Positions 28,388 through 40,356 of a stretch of DNA of 64,000 bases are shown here, piece after piece. Each line of letters opens with the position of its first letter. The stretch's first letter is position 1. The position numbers and the translations under genes were made by a program. Where the stretch lies: NCBI GenBank assembly GCA_964016885.1, contig OZ024740.1, positions 328,786,001-328,850,000 on the forward strand, written 5' to 3'. The notes beneath the pieces are model-generated. The model ran no database searches, was not told the DNA's origin, and saw only the letters and a list, made by a program, of their open reading frames with translations. The stretch comes from Eledone cirrhosa (lineage: Eukaryota).

Positions 28388-28585
28388 ACCAGTAAGACCC
28401 CGACAGCTGAGCTCAAGCCGTTTCGACGGCTAATTCTGGACTGAATTAGCCGTCGAATTAGCCGTCGAAACGGCTTGAGCTCAGCTGTCGGGGTCTTACT
28501 GGTTCCTATTACCCACTCTACTACCCCAAGTATTGAGTACTTTGGTGCGTTATGGTCCACCTGGTTCCTTACCACATTTCCTTCG

Positions 28586-28587
<2 letters not shown>
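28385..28587 (+). mobile_element. Palindromic pLTR-like cassette carrying the 3' half of a hammerhead
   Basis: Arms 28385-28436 and 28455-28506; GAA ACGGC-ttgagctca-GCTGT C ggggtc; same family at 29023-29190 and 47619-47810. Confidence 0.75.
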
Positions 28588-28620
<33 letters not shown>

Positions 28621-28943
28621 TGCGCGTCCGTGTGTGTGTATGTGTGTGTGTGTGATGTGTGTGTGTGTGTACGTGTGCATAGTTTCATTTATGCACCAGC
28701 TGTGCTAGGGCGAGAAATAAAATTCCAATTTTATATATATATATATTGTTTTTGTCGCAAGTTTTTACTCAAGGTTAAACGATGTTATTAACTTCTATGT
28801 ATAAATCACAAAATTATTCTCTCAGTGGTTAGAAATGCAATCACAAATCGGTTATTACACACTCCGCCATTCTACTAAATTTGAAGTATATCAAAGTATA
28901 AATAAAAAACATAGACACGCCCAATATTGGTATATACATCCAT

Positions 28944-29022
<79 letters not shown>

Positions 29023-29024
<2 letters not shown>

Positions 29025-29188
29025 AAGTAAGTGTGGTAAGGAACCAGGTGGACCATAACGCACCAGAGTACTCGATACTTAGGGTAGTAGAGTGGGTAAT
29101 AGGAAAAGAGTCATGACCCCGACGGCTGAGCTCCGGCCGTTTCGACAGGTAGATCCGGAGCCCAGCCGTCGGGGTCCTGACTCTTTTC

Positions 29189-29190
<2 letters not shown>
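29023..29190 (-). mobile_element. Same palindromic cassette family, embedded in (TA)n
   Basis: Arms 29102-29136 and 29155-29189; tail homologous to 28507-28587. Confidence 0.75.
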
Positions 29191-29224
<34 letters not shown>

Positions 29225-29226
<2 letters not shown>

Positions 29227-30390
29227 AAACATTGAACGGGAACAAAATAGAGAGGCAGTACGAACAAAGGTTTATTAGTTTCACGCTCTTGAGAGTGGGG
29301 TGGTGGTGGGGAACGACGTTTTGGGCATTAGCCCTTCTTCAGGCGAAAAGTGTGTGGGAAGAGAGTTCCAAGGGTGTGTAGGGGAGTGAGGGAGAGACAT
29401 TTAGGAAAAAGGGGATGAGAGGAAACGGTACAAATGAAATTAAATATAAAAGCATAATAAAAATAAAAATAAACATGAAGTAAAACAAGTGGTGGAAGGG
29501 TGAGGGGTGTGTAGGGGTGATGGTGGGTGGAGTGGGGAGAGGGAGGTGGGGTGTCCGAGTGGGGAGGGCAGAAGGTGGTGTGTGTGTGTAGGTGTACATG
29601 TGTGTGTGTGTGTGTGTATGTGAATGTGAGAGTTGGGGGAAGAACGGGGTTGCATGTTCAGGAAAAGGTGTGTGTGGGGTGTAGGTCGGTGTATATGTGC
29701 GTCTGTGGATGGGGAGGGGGTCAGAGGGGTGGGGGTGGGGGAGGATTCCGGGGACTGAGTGTGTAAATATGTGGTGGTGCGCACGTGTCTGTGCTGTTTA
29801 TACGTATTGTGGATGTAAGTGGCGGGTGGGAAAAACATTTTTTTTGAGTGTATGTCCGTGGGTAAGTTCCTAAGGTAGTTCCGTAGAAGATGTGGTGGGT
29901 GCCGTGTAATTTCCTTGTGATGGAGTTGATTCTTGGGAGCGATGTCCAATGTGTGTAATCCGTGGTTGGGTTGGTCGGAAGAGGGGAGATGTGGGGTGCG
30001 CGCGCAACAGGAAGTGGTCAGAGGGTCAACGCAGGAGGAGGGTTGTGTGTCTGTGTGCGCGGAGAGGTGGTCAGAGATTCAGGGCATAGCAGCAGTCGGG
30101 GAGAATGTCACGTGGAGAAAGTCGGTGTGTCAGTGTGTGCGGAGGTGCGGTGGACAGGGGAGAGGATGGATAGGTGTGAAAGGTGGAGTGAGGAGGAGTG
30201 TGTGTATTGGTAGAGGTGTTAGTGGGATGTGTGTGTGTGTGTGCGAAGGGGTCTGGGCGGATCGGGGAGGGGAAGGGGGAGAGAAAGGTGTGGGGGCCGG
30301 TGGAGGGAGTGTAGTGTACTGGTGCGTGTGTGCGTGTTTGGATGAGTGTGTTGTGTGGTGAAGGGGGTGTTAGTGGGTGTTAGTATACTG
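29225..30390 (-). mobile_element. Degenerate Penelope-like element with GT/G-rich low-complexity body and 3' HHR-like motif
   Basis: Minus strand 29344-29313: CTGAAGA a-gggc-taat-gccc AAAACGTC (G12A), then AATAAA and (TA)n; faint DFLHVTF remnant near 30110; architecture parallels 44495-45000. Confidence 0.5.
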
Positions 30391-30405
30391 ATATATATAT
30401 ATATA

Positions 30406-30639
30406 TACAATATATTAACAAATGGAAACTATATTTATAAAACCATATTTATTTCATTATATATATTTCAAGGGCCACCAAGGCAATATTGAAATATGTA
30501 TAATGAAATAAATATGGTTTTATAAATATAGTTTCCATTTGTTAATATATTGTAATTTACTCCAATAATTTGTTGAGTGCTTTATATCAGTTATAAAAAT
30601 ATTTTGCCTGTTGTATCCCAACAAATTAAATATAACCTC

Positions 30640-30642
<3 letters not shown>
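30406..30642 (+). mobile_element. Palindromic cassette (about 66-bp arms) of the family at 48490-48956
   Basis: Arms 30406-30471 and 30489-30554; each arm begins at the HHR GAAA; tail runs into a long (TA)n. Confidence 0.75.
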
Positions 30643-30731
<89 letters not shown>

Positions 30732-30792
30732 TAGATAGATAGATAGAGAGAGTAAGAAAAAAATAGAGAGAGCAATATATATATATATATAA

Positions 30793-30881
<89 letters not shown>

Positions 30882-31083
30882 ATAATATAATGTACTCGTC
30901 TTATTCGGGAAACCTCTGGTAATGAGGTAATTATATTGTATTGTTTATTATACATTAAATTTAGCTCTGGTACTTACATAGAGCACTCTTCACTCCTATG
31001 ACTTTTTCAATTTTCAACGGAAACTTCAATACTTATATATATATATATATATATTTTGTTTTATTTATTAAAATATCAGATTA

Positions 31084-31134
31084 AATTTAAGCAAATAATC
31101 GCTGCTTTCACCCTTAACGGGATCTTCTGAAACT
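31084..31134 (-). ncRNA. Variant hammerhead motif (CAGAAGA) in the 3' pLTR
   Basis: Same fold as at 6099 and 33514. Confidence 0.6.
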
Positions 31135-31224
31135 AACAAAGTCAAACTGTGAACGCAGAAGTGAATATTTCAAAAAACGTTGCAACCGGAGGAAGACAGG
31201 AAGACGATACTTTGGTTCGTGGAA

Positions 31225-31489
31225 ACGTTCCCTGGCAAAGAACGGGAAAAAAACGAATATAATACGTCATTATTTGGAGCGGTGAAAAACAATTAGACGC
31301 AAAGACAAAACCACGTTTATGCTATAAAAGAAGTCGTAGACTAATATTCTATTAGGTGGTTCATAGAGACGTTCTCTGGCAATGAACGGAAAAAACGAAG
31401 ATAATACGTCATATGTTGTGCGTGGAGAACAATTGCACGCAAAGACAAAACCACGTAAATGGTATAACTGAAGTCGTAGACTAGAATTC
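31225..31489. repeat. Two imperfect direct repeats, period about 144 bp, in the Penelope 3' UTR
   Basis: acgttc..ggcaa..gaacgg..ataatacgtcat..cgcaaagacaaaaccacgt..gaagtcgtagacta occurs twice. Confidence 0.85.
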
Positions 31490-31600
31490 TAACTAGGAAA
31501 ACGAATGATTCTCGGCTTCAGAGTTAAGAATAAAGTAAATAAAATACAGAGGTAAGTGAGATTAAATAAATACATACACGCATCCATATAGGTACATACA

Positions 31601-32113
31601 CAAGCATACGCGAAAACACTCGCCGTAGGTATACAAATACACATATAAATATGTGTGTGTGTGTGTGTGTGCGTGTATACAAATAATTAAATAAACGTAT
31701 ATAAATAAATAAATACGTATATAACAAGCGCACACACATACTTACATGTAAATACACATATGTTCGGAGATGTACAAGCATACGCGAAAACACTCGCCAT
31801 AGGTATACAAATACACGCGCATATAAATATGTGTGTGTGTGTGCGTGTATACAAACAATTAAATAAACGTATATAAATAAATAAATACGTATATAACAAG
31901 CGCACACACATACTTACATGTAAATACACATATGTTCGGAGATGTACAAGCATACGCGAAAACACTCGCCATAGGTATACAAATACACGCACATATAAAT
32001 ATGTGTGTGTGTGTGCGTGTATACAAACAATTAAATAAACGTATATAAATAAATAAATACGTATAAAACAAGCGCACACACATACCTACATGTAAATACA
32101 CATATGTTCGGAG
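31601..32113. repeat. Three near-identical tandem units of about 173 bp in the Penelope 3' UTR
   Basis: caagcatacgcgaaaacactcgcc starts at 31601, 31775 and 31947. Confidence 0.92.
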
Positions 32114-32404
32114 ACGACGTCAACCAAAACACGAAGTACACATATACACACACCCTACATACGTACGAATCCGCATACTCACATAGACGCAAAACTCACG
32201 TATACACTAACCAAAAGCATATGTACCAGAATATATATAATATACGCCATAACATATACAATCAAATATACGTACGAGAAAGTATACGTACCTTCGCAAA
32301 ACATACAGGTAATATATACTTACCTATACAAATAAGTAATGGTGTAAACATAACATATACTAAGCTACCACATTAAGACGTAAAATATCCGCGTATAGAT
32401 CGTA

Positions 32405-33229
32405 CTATCCGTTAGGGTATAACGTGGGGCTGTAATACAGGAAAGTTTTGTGCAATTTATGTTTACAAGCCGAAATTGCCTCAGATGTTTTGTTTAAGAT
32501 GTGGTCTGTGGCGTGGAGTATTTCCAGGGCCTCAGCGGCGCAGAGGTCACATGGTCTTTTATTTCCGTTATACGATCTAGCCCTAGTTAGGATCTCCCAG
32601 TGTAACTTATATTGGGTGTGGTTGTCTTTTAGACTCCAGATATAAGCTGAAAATGACGCCATATTCCTTCTTAGAGGGTAATGAAAAGAATGGGTATGCA
32701 TGTAAAGACGCTGCTTGAATTTATTGGCGGTTAACCCTATGTAGGCCCTACGGGACGTGGGTGTTTCAACCTTACATTTGTAGACAATGTTACTAGAGAG
32801 GCATTTCCCGGATAGGGGGCTGTCAACCCGATTCCTACAAATGCAGTTAGTACTAATTACAGGGTTGTACGTGTTCTTATGGTTAGGTAGTTTAGCTAAA
32901 TTAGAAGCTGTGATGTTATGTGCAAGGTTAGGAGTCGTAGAGTAAGACATTTTAATAGTATTTCTATTAAAAAATTTACTATATTTATGTGTAGGGGGAA
33001 AATGCTTCGTAATAAGGGAGAGAAAGATCTTAGCTAATGGTGTGGCCACCTCCATATTATATGGTGGGTTATACCATATAATGCGTCGGGATCTATTTCT
33101 TCTAGGTCTATTCTCGTACTCTGTATATGCTACCTTATCGACACATCCACTCCGAGCAAGAGCTTCATTGTAATATGTCGAATGGTCGTTGAAAATATGC
33201 TCGTTAGTAGATAGACGGGAAAGCCTCAA
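32405..33229 (-). pseudogene. Penelope-like RT thumb/linker plus GIY-YIG endonuclease (frameshifted from upstream RT)
   Basis: IIWYNPPY..KHFPPTHKYSKFFNRNTIKMSYS, NCICR....SPLSGKCL, NIVY...YIGLT..FKQR, CDLC..E...IL..LNK. Confidence 0.9.
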
Positions 33230-33457
33230 AGAAACGTTTCTTGGTTATGCTAATAGGATGGTTAGAATGCTTACTTATGTAATTAAGCGTATCATTCGGC
33301 TTTCTATACGGGTAAAACAAGCCATTCGATAAATTGAGGGTAACGTCGAGGTAATTAACGACCGAGAGGTTCTTATATATTTGATATATATTTATCCTTA
33401 TCGAGCCCTCTTTGGATTTTAGTCTTCAAATTTATTATTATTACTATATATATATAA

Positions 33458-33497
<40 letters not shown>

Positions 33498-33513
33498 TAA
33501 AATAACAGATTCA

Positions 33514-33564
33514 AGTTTAAGCAAAGAATCGCTGCTTTCACCCTTAACGGGATCTTCTGAAACT
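33514..33564 (-). ncRNA. Variant hammerhead motif (CAGAAGA)
   Basis: agttt CAGAAGA tccc-gttaa-gggt GAA AGCA-gcgattctt-TGCT T aaact. Confidence 0.6.
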
Positions 33565-33621
33565 AAAAAAGTGAGTGTTTTTTTAAATATTTACTTCTGC
33601 GTTCGCAGATTGACTTTTTTT

Positions 33622-33672
33622 AGTTTCAGAAGATCCCGTTAAGAGTGAAAGCAGCGATTCTTTGCTTAAACT
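33622..33672 (+). ncRNA. Variant hammerhead motif (CAGAAGA), mirror copy
   Basis: agttt CAGAAGA tccc-gttaa-gagt GAA AGCA-gcgattctt-TGCT T aaact. Confidence 0.55.
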
Positions 33673-33779
33673 TTAATCTGTTATTTTAATAAATATTTGC
33701 TCTACGGTTATTATATATTTTATATATATTTATCCTTATCGAGCCCTCTCTGGATTTTAGTGTTCAAATTTATTATTAT

Positions 33780-33814
<35 letters not shown>

Positions 33815-33815
<1 letters not shown>

Positions 33816-33890
33816 TGTGAGTTCGATTCCTGGACCAGGCGATGCGTTATGTCCTTGAGCAAGACACTTTATTTCACGTTGCTCCTTCTA
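33815..33890 (+). mobile_element. CORE-type tRNA SINE fragment
   Basis: B-box gagttcgattcc followed by tgtccttgagcaagacacttt, resembling the CORE motif GTGxCCTTGGGCAAGxxACTT. Confidence 0.6.
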
Positions 33891-33982
33891 CCTGGAGTTG
33901 CGACCGATAGATAGTATTAGCAATTGGAAAGACCAACGGAAACATTGTTCCCTCGGTCCGATTTGACGAAAGTCGATCGTTC

Positions 33983-34081
<99 letters not shown>

Positions 34082-34922
34082 GAGAGAGCAATAGAAATAG
34101 AGATAACGAGATGGATGGATGACGTCTACTTCTTTTATAGGCTGGTTTGTTGTCTAAATTAGACTGGATAAAGGACTCACTATCGATTGTTGAGTCGAAT
34201 CTATATTAGTTAATAGTGGCTGTTAACTGTGACGTTTCGTCGATATCAATTTTTCAAAAGAAACACGTTTGAGTGGCCTATGTTAACGATATATATATTC
34301 TTCCAGTTATTTGCGTTGTGGAATCAAATCACATCAAGTTAATTTTCGTTAAAAACTGTGAAAATTGACTACACACACGTACACACACACACATACACAT
34401 ACACATACATATACACATACACACATACATACATACACATACATACATGATAGCTGCTCCCCTCCTTATCGAGGATGGTCATCCCACAATATAACATTAT
34501 TAATAATTATTAATTCATTCTATCATGCAATGCTGTGCGTGAAGATTTATTTTAAAGTGAGGAAAGACTGTGCACTGAGCCAATCCTACTCTCTGAGTGA
34601 CAGTAGCTATAACCCGAAAACATCATCGGTAATTACTGAGCCGCAGGTTTTATGCCGGAGTTATCCCAGTTTTCTTAGTTGCCTTCTACGAGAATGCCCT
34701 GACAAAGGCTAGGGGTCCTTCATTCCTAGTTGCAGTGGAATTGTGACTCTAGTGCTGTGAAAGTATTCTAGACCTTTCCTTGATAATAGTATATTAGTTG
34801 TTAGTCTCAGGAAAACCTAGATCCTGGGGTTTATGATAAAAGAAATCTCAGCCATGAACGTACAACTTTTTTCTGTATTGGAGTAACCTATTTAATATAG
34901 TCTATCGTTATTTACTGTATAT

Positions 34923-35037
34923 TACCTAGAGTTCAAATCCTGCCGAGGTTGACTTTGCCTTTCATCCTTACGGGGTCGATAAAATAAAGTACCAGTAATG
35001 CACCAGTAATGCTGGCCTTGTGCCTAAAGTAGAAACA
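34923..35037 (+). mobile_element. 5'-truncated tRNA-type SINE with 16-bp TSD
   Basis: gttatttactgtatat at 34907-34922 and 35038-35053. Confidence 0.9.
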
Positions 35038-35424
35038 GTTATTTACTGTATATGCTCGTGTACCAGGGGGTTCTGGAAAGCTCCTGGTTTGATCGCTGCT
35101 ACAGAGGCCTGGTTGGAAGCCAAACTTCGAGTTCTTTTTACAGGGCTTAATTAGAAAAACCGCTATAAGTGCGTGAATCTGAAAGTGGAATATGTTGAAT
35201 AACATCATTAACTGATACTCCTCTATTTTCTTTTACTTAAAGATATGACGTAAACACCAACATGCGACTTGTCTACTGACCTACAAAGTTTCAGTACAAA
35301 ATATACAGTACATTGTGAATGCCGAACAACACCCTCGGTGATATTACCTTGATTTGAATTGCATTAAAATATAGATTATTGTAATTGGCCAGTAAATAAT
35401 TATTATTTAAAATTATATGTATAC

Positions 35425-35610
35425 AGGAGCGGTGGAATAGCAGTATCGGTAGAGCATCGGAGAATATGTTTTGTGGCTTATTGTTACGCTCCTAGCTTTG
35501 CCTTTCATTCTAACGGAGTCGATTAAGTACCAGTAACAAACTGAGTTGATCAATTTGTCCTTTTCCTTCCCTTAAAATAGCTGGTCGTGAGCCAAAAATA
35601 GAAACAATTA
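35425..35610 (+). mobile_element. Diverged SINE copy
   Basis: Head gagcggtggaatagcagtatcggtagag, central gcctttcattctaacggagtcgat and tail. Confidence 0.65.
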
Positions 35611-38064
35611 TGTAAATATATTTCTTTTAAAAACATTATATTACATTAATCTATATTTCGTCTATTATTAATGCCAATAGGTAACAGTTCATAAAATATT
35701 GTGTAGTTTAACTTTATACTGGAAGAGCACACTTTCATCGCTTATTTACAAGTGAATATATCAAATATAATGGCAGTTTCTGAATTAATATAGAGAATAA
35801 AATGATCATTAACAAGAGTATATCTTGTAGGTAGCTACTAAAAGATTTGTTTACATGTACATTTATTAGTTATATCACTAGAAACAATGTTTATTACAAA
35901 TAATTAATGGAAACGTCATGGAAGGATGTATAATAAGTATTGCAAAACACACACTAAAACTTGTATTCGAGTCAAGTACTGAACCATGAATATGTATATA
36001 CAATGTATATACAAAGAGAAATGACTGGTAGAATTAAACTTATTCTCTCTCTATCTGTCCGTCTCTCTGTCTGTCTCTCTCAGTCACTTTTTCTTTCTCT
36101 CTGTTTCTCTCTCATTCTCTCTCAATCTCTCTATATATATCTCCTTCTCTGTGTCTCTCTCCCCCAGTCTCTCTCTCTCTCTTTCTGTATGTATATATAT
36201 ATACATATATATGTATATACGTAATTTGTGAGAGAATTGGCGGATATCTCTAGCAGATCAAGTGATATTATAAATCACACAAAGGCGTTTTCCTCGGCTC
36301 AAGCTACCACGTAAACGTTGGTACTTAACCCGAGCTCATCTTTGACCGAGTACATTTATGATCAATGGTATTTCGGCTGTGACCATCTCACCTAAATACT
36401 ATGTAGGATTAAATTATTCATTCTATTTTTAATGGTGATAGGGTATGGGGGAGATTTGTCTGCTATTTTTAGCAGGGCGTATGATTATGGAGAAGATACT
36501 TAATGAAAGTAACGTTTTAGTTTGTGAATGTTAAGTGATTACATGTTTTTTTTTCTGAATATATTCCACATTGTTCATATGTTTAGCAATGGCGCCGTCT
36601 CAGTTACACGAGCAAGGCTCTCAGGTGGAGCATATTTGTCTCTAGTAGAGTTATTAAGATCTATTTTGGTTCTAAAAAGGGAAATTAACATTTCAGTCGA
36701 AGAGTTTGCTCTTTGCAAGGAGGAATAATCTTTTAAAATTAGTTTTAAAATAACTAAACAAACTAACCAAAAATATTTATAGATATACTTTTAGATAATT
36801 ACTCATTTCTTTCATTGGAAGAGTGCCAGAGTTTTGTATGGAAAGGGTTTAATATATTAACAGAGATATATTGATTTCTGTTGGGCGAAAGAGAAAATGG
36901 ATATTGGCTCGAAAATCAATATTGGCAGGACATATAGAGATATAATAAATTACTGAACGGTATCAAAGCCGCTTCTTTATATTTCACTACGCGCCACTAA
37001 CCTAAAAATTTCGTTGCTGTTGTTGTTGTGCAGCATCAAATAATTTCTGATCCTGCAGACTTAATCAAAAGTATTCAAACCATGACCATCCAGTATTTTG
37101 TATATTTAGGACAACATTCTCCAATATATTTTGTACAACGGTAGCGTGTGATGTGGAGCGTTTTAGCTGATATTTCCAGCATACTAAGAAACTATGTAGA
37201 TACATGTTTATTGACTTTGTTGCATACAGCGTAATAAATATAAAGAGATGGGAGATTTATATATAGAGAGTGGTAATAGAAAGTTAAGGGAGATAATTTA
37301 GTAGTTTAAATAATCTATGAGAAAATATATATTCTATGAGAAAATATATATTCTATGAGAAAATATATATTCTATGAGAAAATAAACGGAGTTAACTGCT
37401 GTAGCAACCGTAAAATATAAATGAATTTGGAGAAGAGAGCCCCCGTGGAAATGGATAAGTGACATCGGTGATCCCTGAATATGATATGAGGAATTAGAAT
37501 TCATTTAATTTAGTAAATGCAAATTTACCCCGTTCTTTGGAATGAGTTTAAGGCAGTGAGGGGAGGGATTGAAGAAATTTGCCCTCATATTCAGAGAGTT
37601 GATGGAGTTCTGTAGCTATTTAAGAATGTTCCAGCTTTCCACCGCGTAAAGTTGGCACGCTCTAAAGCCATTAGTATGTAGGATTTTTCGAAATCCTTTC
37701 ATTTGACAGATAAATTAGTGCCATTCTCATTAAGGGTTGAGACATGGTTTGCATGTTTAATGCATAACTTTTTCACGGATTTTTGAAGTGCGTCTCGAGT
37801 TTTGAAAGTGGTTTTTATATCAGCCTTCCCCGTTCCTATGTATGTTCTGTCATCCTGTTGCTTAGGTCAAGATGATCGCGGCATCGTATATCACGGCGGC
37901 AACATTATAAGTATGATTTAGGGGGCATATTGTTGTTTTCTGCTTGAGAAAACTGGCGTTGGGGATATAGGATTCCTTTTACACTGATTACGTGCTCTCC
38001 CAACTTTAAATATTCTTTACCAAATTACACTACAACATATCTAAACATACATGTATACACATCA

Positions 38065-39005
38065 GTCTATATATACATGAGAATAACGCATGGATGCCCA
38101 CAGAAGGGGCATAAAATCAAATCTTACCCAGGAACATTGCGTGACTCTACTCAATACTCGAAGAAAATAAAACAATTCAATGAAAATGTTGTACATGTGT
38201 ACTTCAGAGGAAAACCACAGACCATAGAGGTGATAAACCACACTAAAAGCCTGACATGGAGTTCCGACACGTTCATAACATCCCACCGTGAAGGGTACCT
38301 ACATGCAATCTAGAAAAAAGAAATACACAGCACGTACCAACTTTCCCAGTTGCCAATAATGTAAGCCACATTATTGCCAACTATTAGAGAATGTTTTCTC
38401 GTTACTAGCTCCCCATGTGACATGGTGTGAAAGCAAGTATGATCTGGAATACATTAAGAAAGTTGAAAATAAAATTAAAAAGGGAGTATTATGTTGAGAC
38501 TGATGACTAAAAGGAAAACTGGTAGAACCAAAAAATTAAGACCGCCACCACATTAAAGTATAACCGGCTTGATATTGTTGTTTGAGACAACATATTAAAA
38601 AAATGTTCTGTTGTGGAAGTCAGCAGCCCACTTTTTGTCAATGTGGTAAGAAAAATGCAAGAGAAGGAAGATATATAGGGGCCATTCATAAAAAAGTTTG
38701 TAGATCTAGTATCCAAGATATTCGTTCTGCTTCATAATCCTTATTATTGGACCAACAGTTTATATACCAGCCAACGTAGACCAAAGTATAACTGAACTTG
38801 GGTTTGTAGAGGAAGAACGTAGCACCTTAATTCATAAACCACACATGGTTGCGATACCTGGAATCTTCAAAGTCTGTAAAACGTTATTACGATTCAAAGG
38901 ATGAAGACTTATATACGAGACGATGATAATCTCCTCTTCTTTACAACCTTGCCACCGGGAAGGTGGCCAGTGAAAAATAAGCACAAAATTAAGAGAAAGC
39001 GAGAA
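38065..39005 (+). mobile_element. Degenerate 3' fragment of the R4-like family (same family as 39750-43925)
   Basis: Collinear with about 43040-43925 (VVHVYFRGKPQTIEVINHTKSLTWSSD, EKEDI, CKT..RFKG*), same 3' UTR, followed by (TACA)n. Confidence 0.88.
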
Positions 39006-39035
39006 TATACATACATACATACATAAAAGCTACAG

Positions 39036-39675
39036 CAATGTGGAAGACATAATATAAAAGAGTACTGGTGGAATGTTCCAGTAAAAACCCCAATAAAATG
39101 CAGGCATAACAGACCAGATATTATGATATGGGACAGGGAGAAGAAAACATGCACAGTAGTGGAAATTAGCTGCCCAGCAGATGCCAATATAATATCAAAG
39201 ATTAGTTAAAAGGAGAATATTTATGCAGAACTGATGAGAAATCTGCAGATACTCCACCCTGATTACACCTTCAGATTTATGCCTGTGATTATTGGGGCAC
39301 TGGGGTATGTTAGTAACTGCCTCAATACAAATCTTGAGAAGCTAGGCTTCACAGGAACAGAAAGAACACAACTAGTTAGGAAATTACAAGTACAATCCAT
39401 TAATGGAACAGTAAAAATTTGTAAAACATTCCAAAATTTTGCATCTAATAACTGCATATACACATGTACAAATGCAAAGCATATACACATGCACACATAC
39501 AACTCAAAACATCCACATCCACACATACAATAACATCCATATCTACACATGCATGCATACATACATATCTACCTAGTTGATGTTGTGTAAATTCCAATGA
39601 GAGAGTCTTGTGTCTATGTTAGAAACCGACTCTCTCTCTATTTGTAAAACTTTGTGAAATTATAAAACCAGAAGA
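39036..39675 (+). mobile_element. 3' fragment of a second, related R4-like family
   Basis: EYWWNVPVKTPIKCRHNRPDIMIWD..VVEISCP..KENIY..PVIIGALG; distinct 3' UTR ending in (CATA)n. Confidence 0.88.
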
Positions 39676-39877
39676 ACATACATACATACATAAATGCATA
39701 CATAAATACATACATACATAGATACATACATTTAACATACATACATACAATGGCGACCGTTGTGGTCAGTGTCCGATAATCGGACGTGTGTAATTACGGC
39801 TCACATGAAGGCAACATACCATATATTGGAAAAAGTTGAGCTACATTACGCGGTAAGATTACATACAATAAATCTAA

Positions 39878-40175
39878 ATAAGTGTTTGAACTGTAAGTAT
39901 GTTGTAAAACACCTATTTATATGAACGATACATACACTTTAACATATAAATGCAACGTTGTTATATTACATTTATAAAGAAATATACAAGTAACGTTTTC
40001 GATTCAGAAACAAAAACATAAGTGTTTGAACTGTGAATATGTTGTGAATAAGTTGTAGAACACCTATTTATATGAATGATACATAAACTTTAACATATAA
40101 ATACAGCGTTGTTATATTATATTACATTCATAAAGAAATATACTAAGTAACGGTTCTTTTTGTTCTCGATTCAAA
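39878..40175. repeat. Two direct repeats of about 140 bp in the R4-like 5' UTR
   Basis: ataagtgtttgaactgt..cacctatttatatgaa..tttaacatataaat..taaagaaatatac at 39878 and 40018. Confidence 0.85.
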
Positions 40176-40356
40176 CGATTCAAGAACAACGTTTAAAACA
40201 CAGTTGTAGAATTAAAAACTAACTGAAAAGAAATATTACCCAAGCTGTGAATAACTTTAAATTTGATTCTGACAGAACTTTGTCGAAACTTTTAAAGAAG
40301 ATCATCGACTATTTTGAAAAATAAATACGAAATATTAGTGAATAGACGAACTCATC

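Larger units (their letters stand above)
31055..33790 (-). mobile_element. 5'-truncated Penelope-like retroelement with 3' pLTR and inverted pLTR copies at the 5' junction
   Basis: RT C-terminal remnant NYLDVTLNLSNG..PYRKPND..YISKHSNHP (33372-33240), GIY-YIG ORF, long 3' UTR, pLTR copies at 31060-31180, 33380-33445, 33491-33572 and 33573-33782; both ends abut (TA)n. Confidence 0.9.

Noticed and set aside
31601-32113. Regular repeats as a possible CRISPR-like array
   Set aside because: Whole units are identical with no unique spacers; eukaryotic retroelement UTR
39751-39760. TGGCGACCGT resembling a tRNA primer-binding site
   Set aside because: Only 10 nt, no LTR; adjacent element is non-LTR
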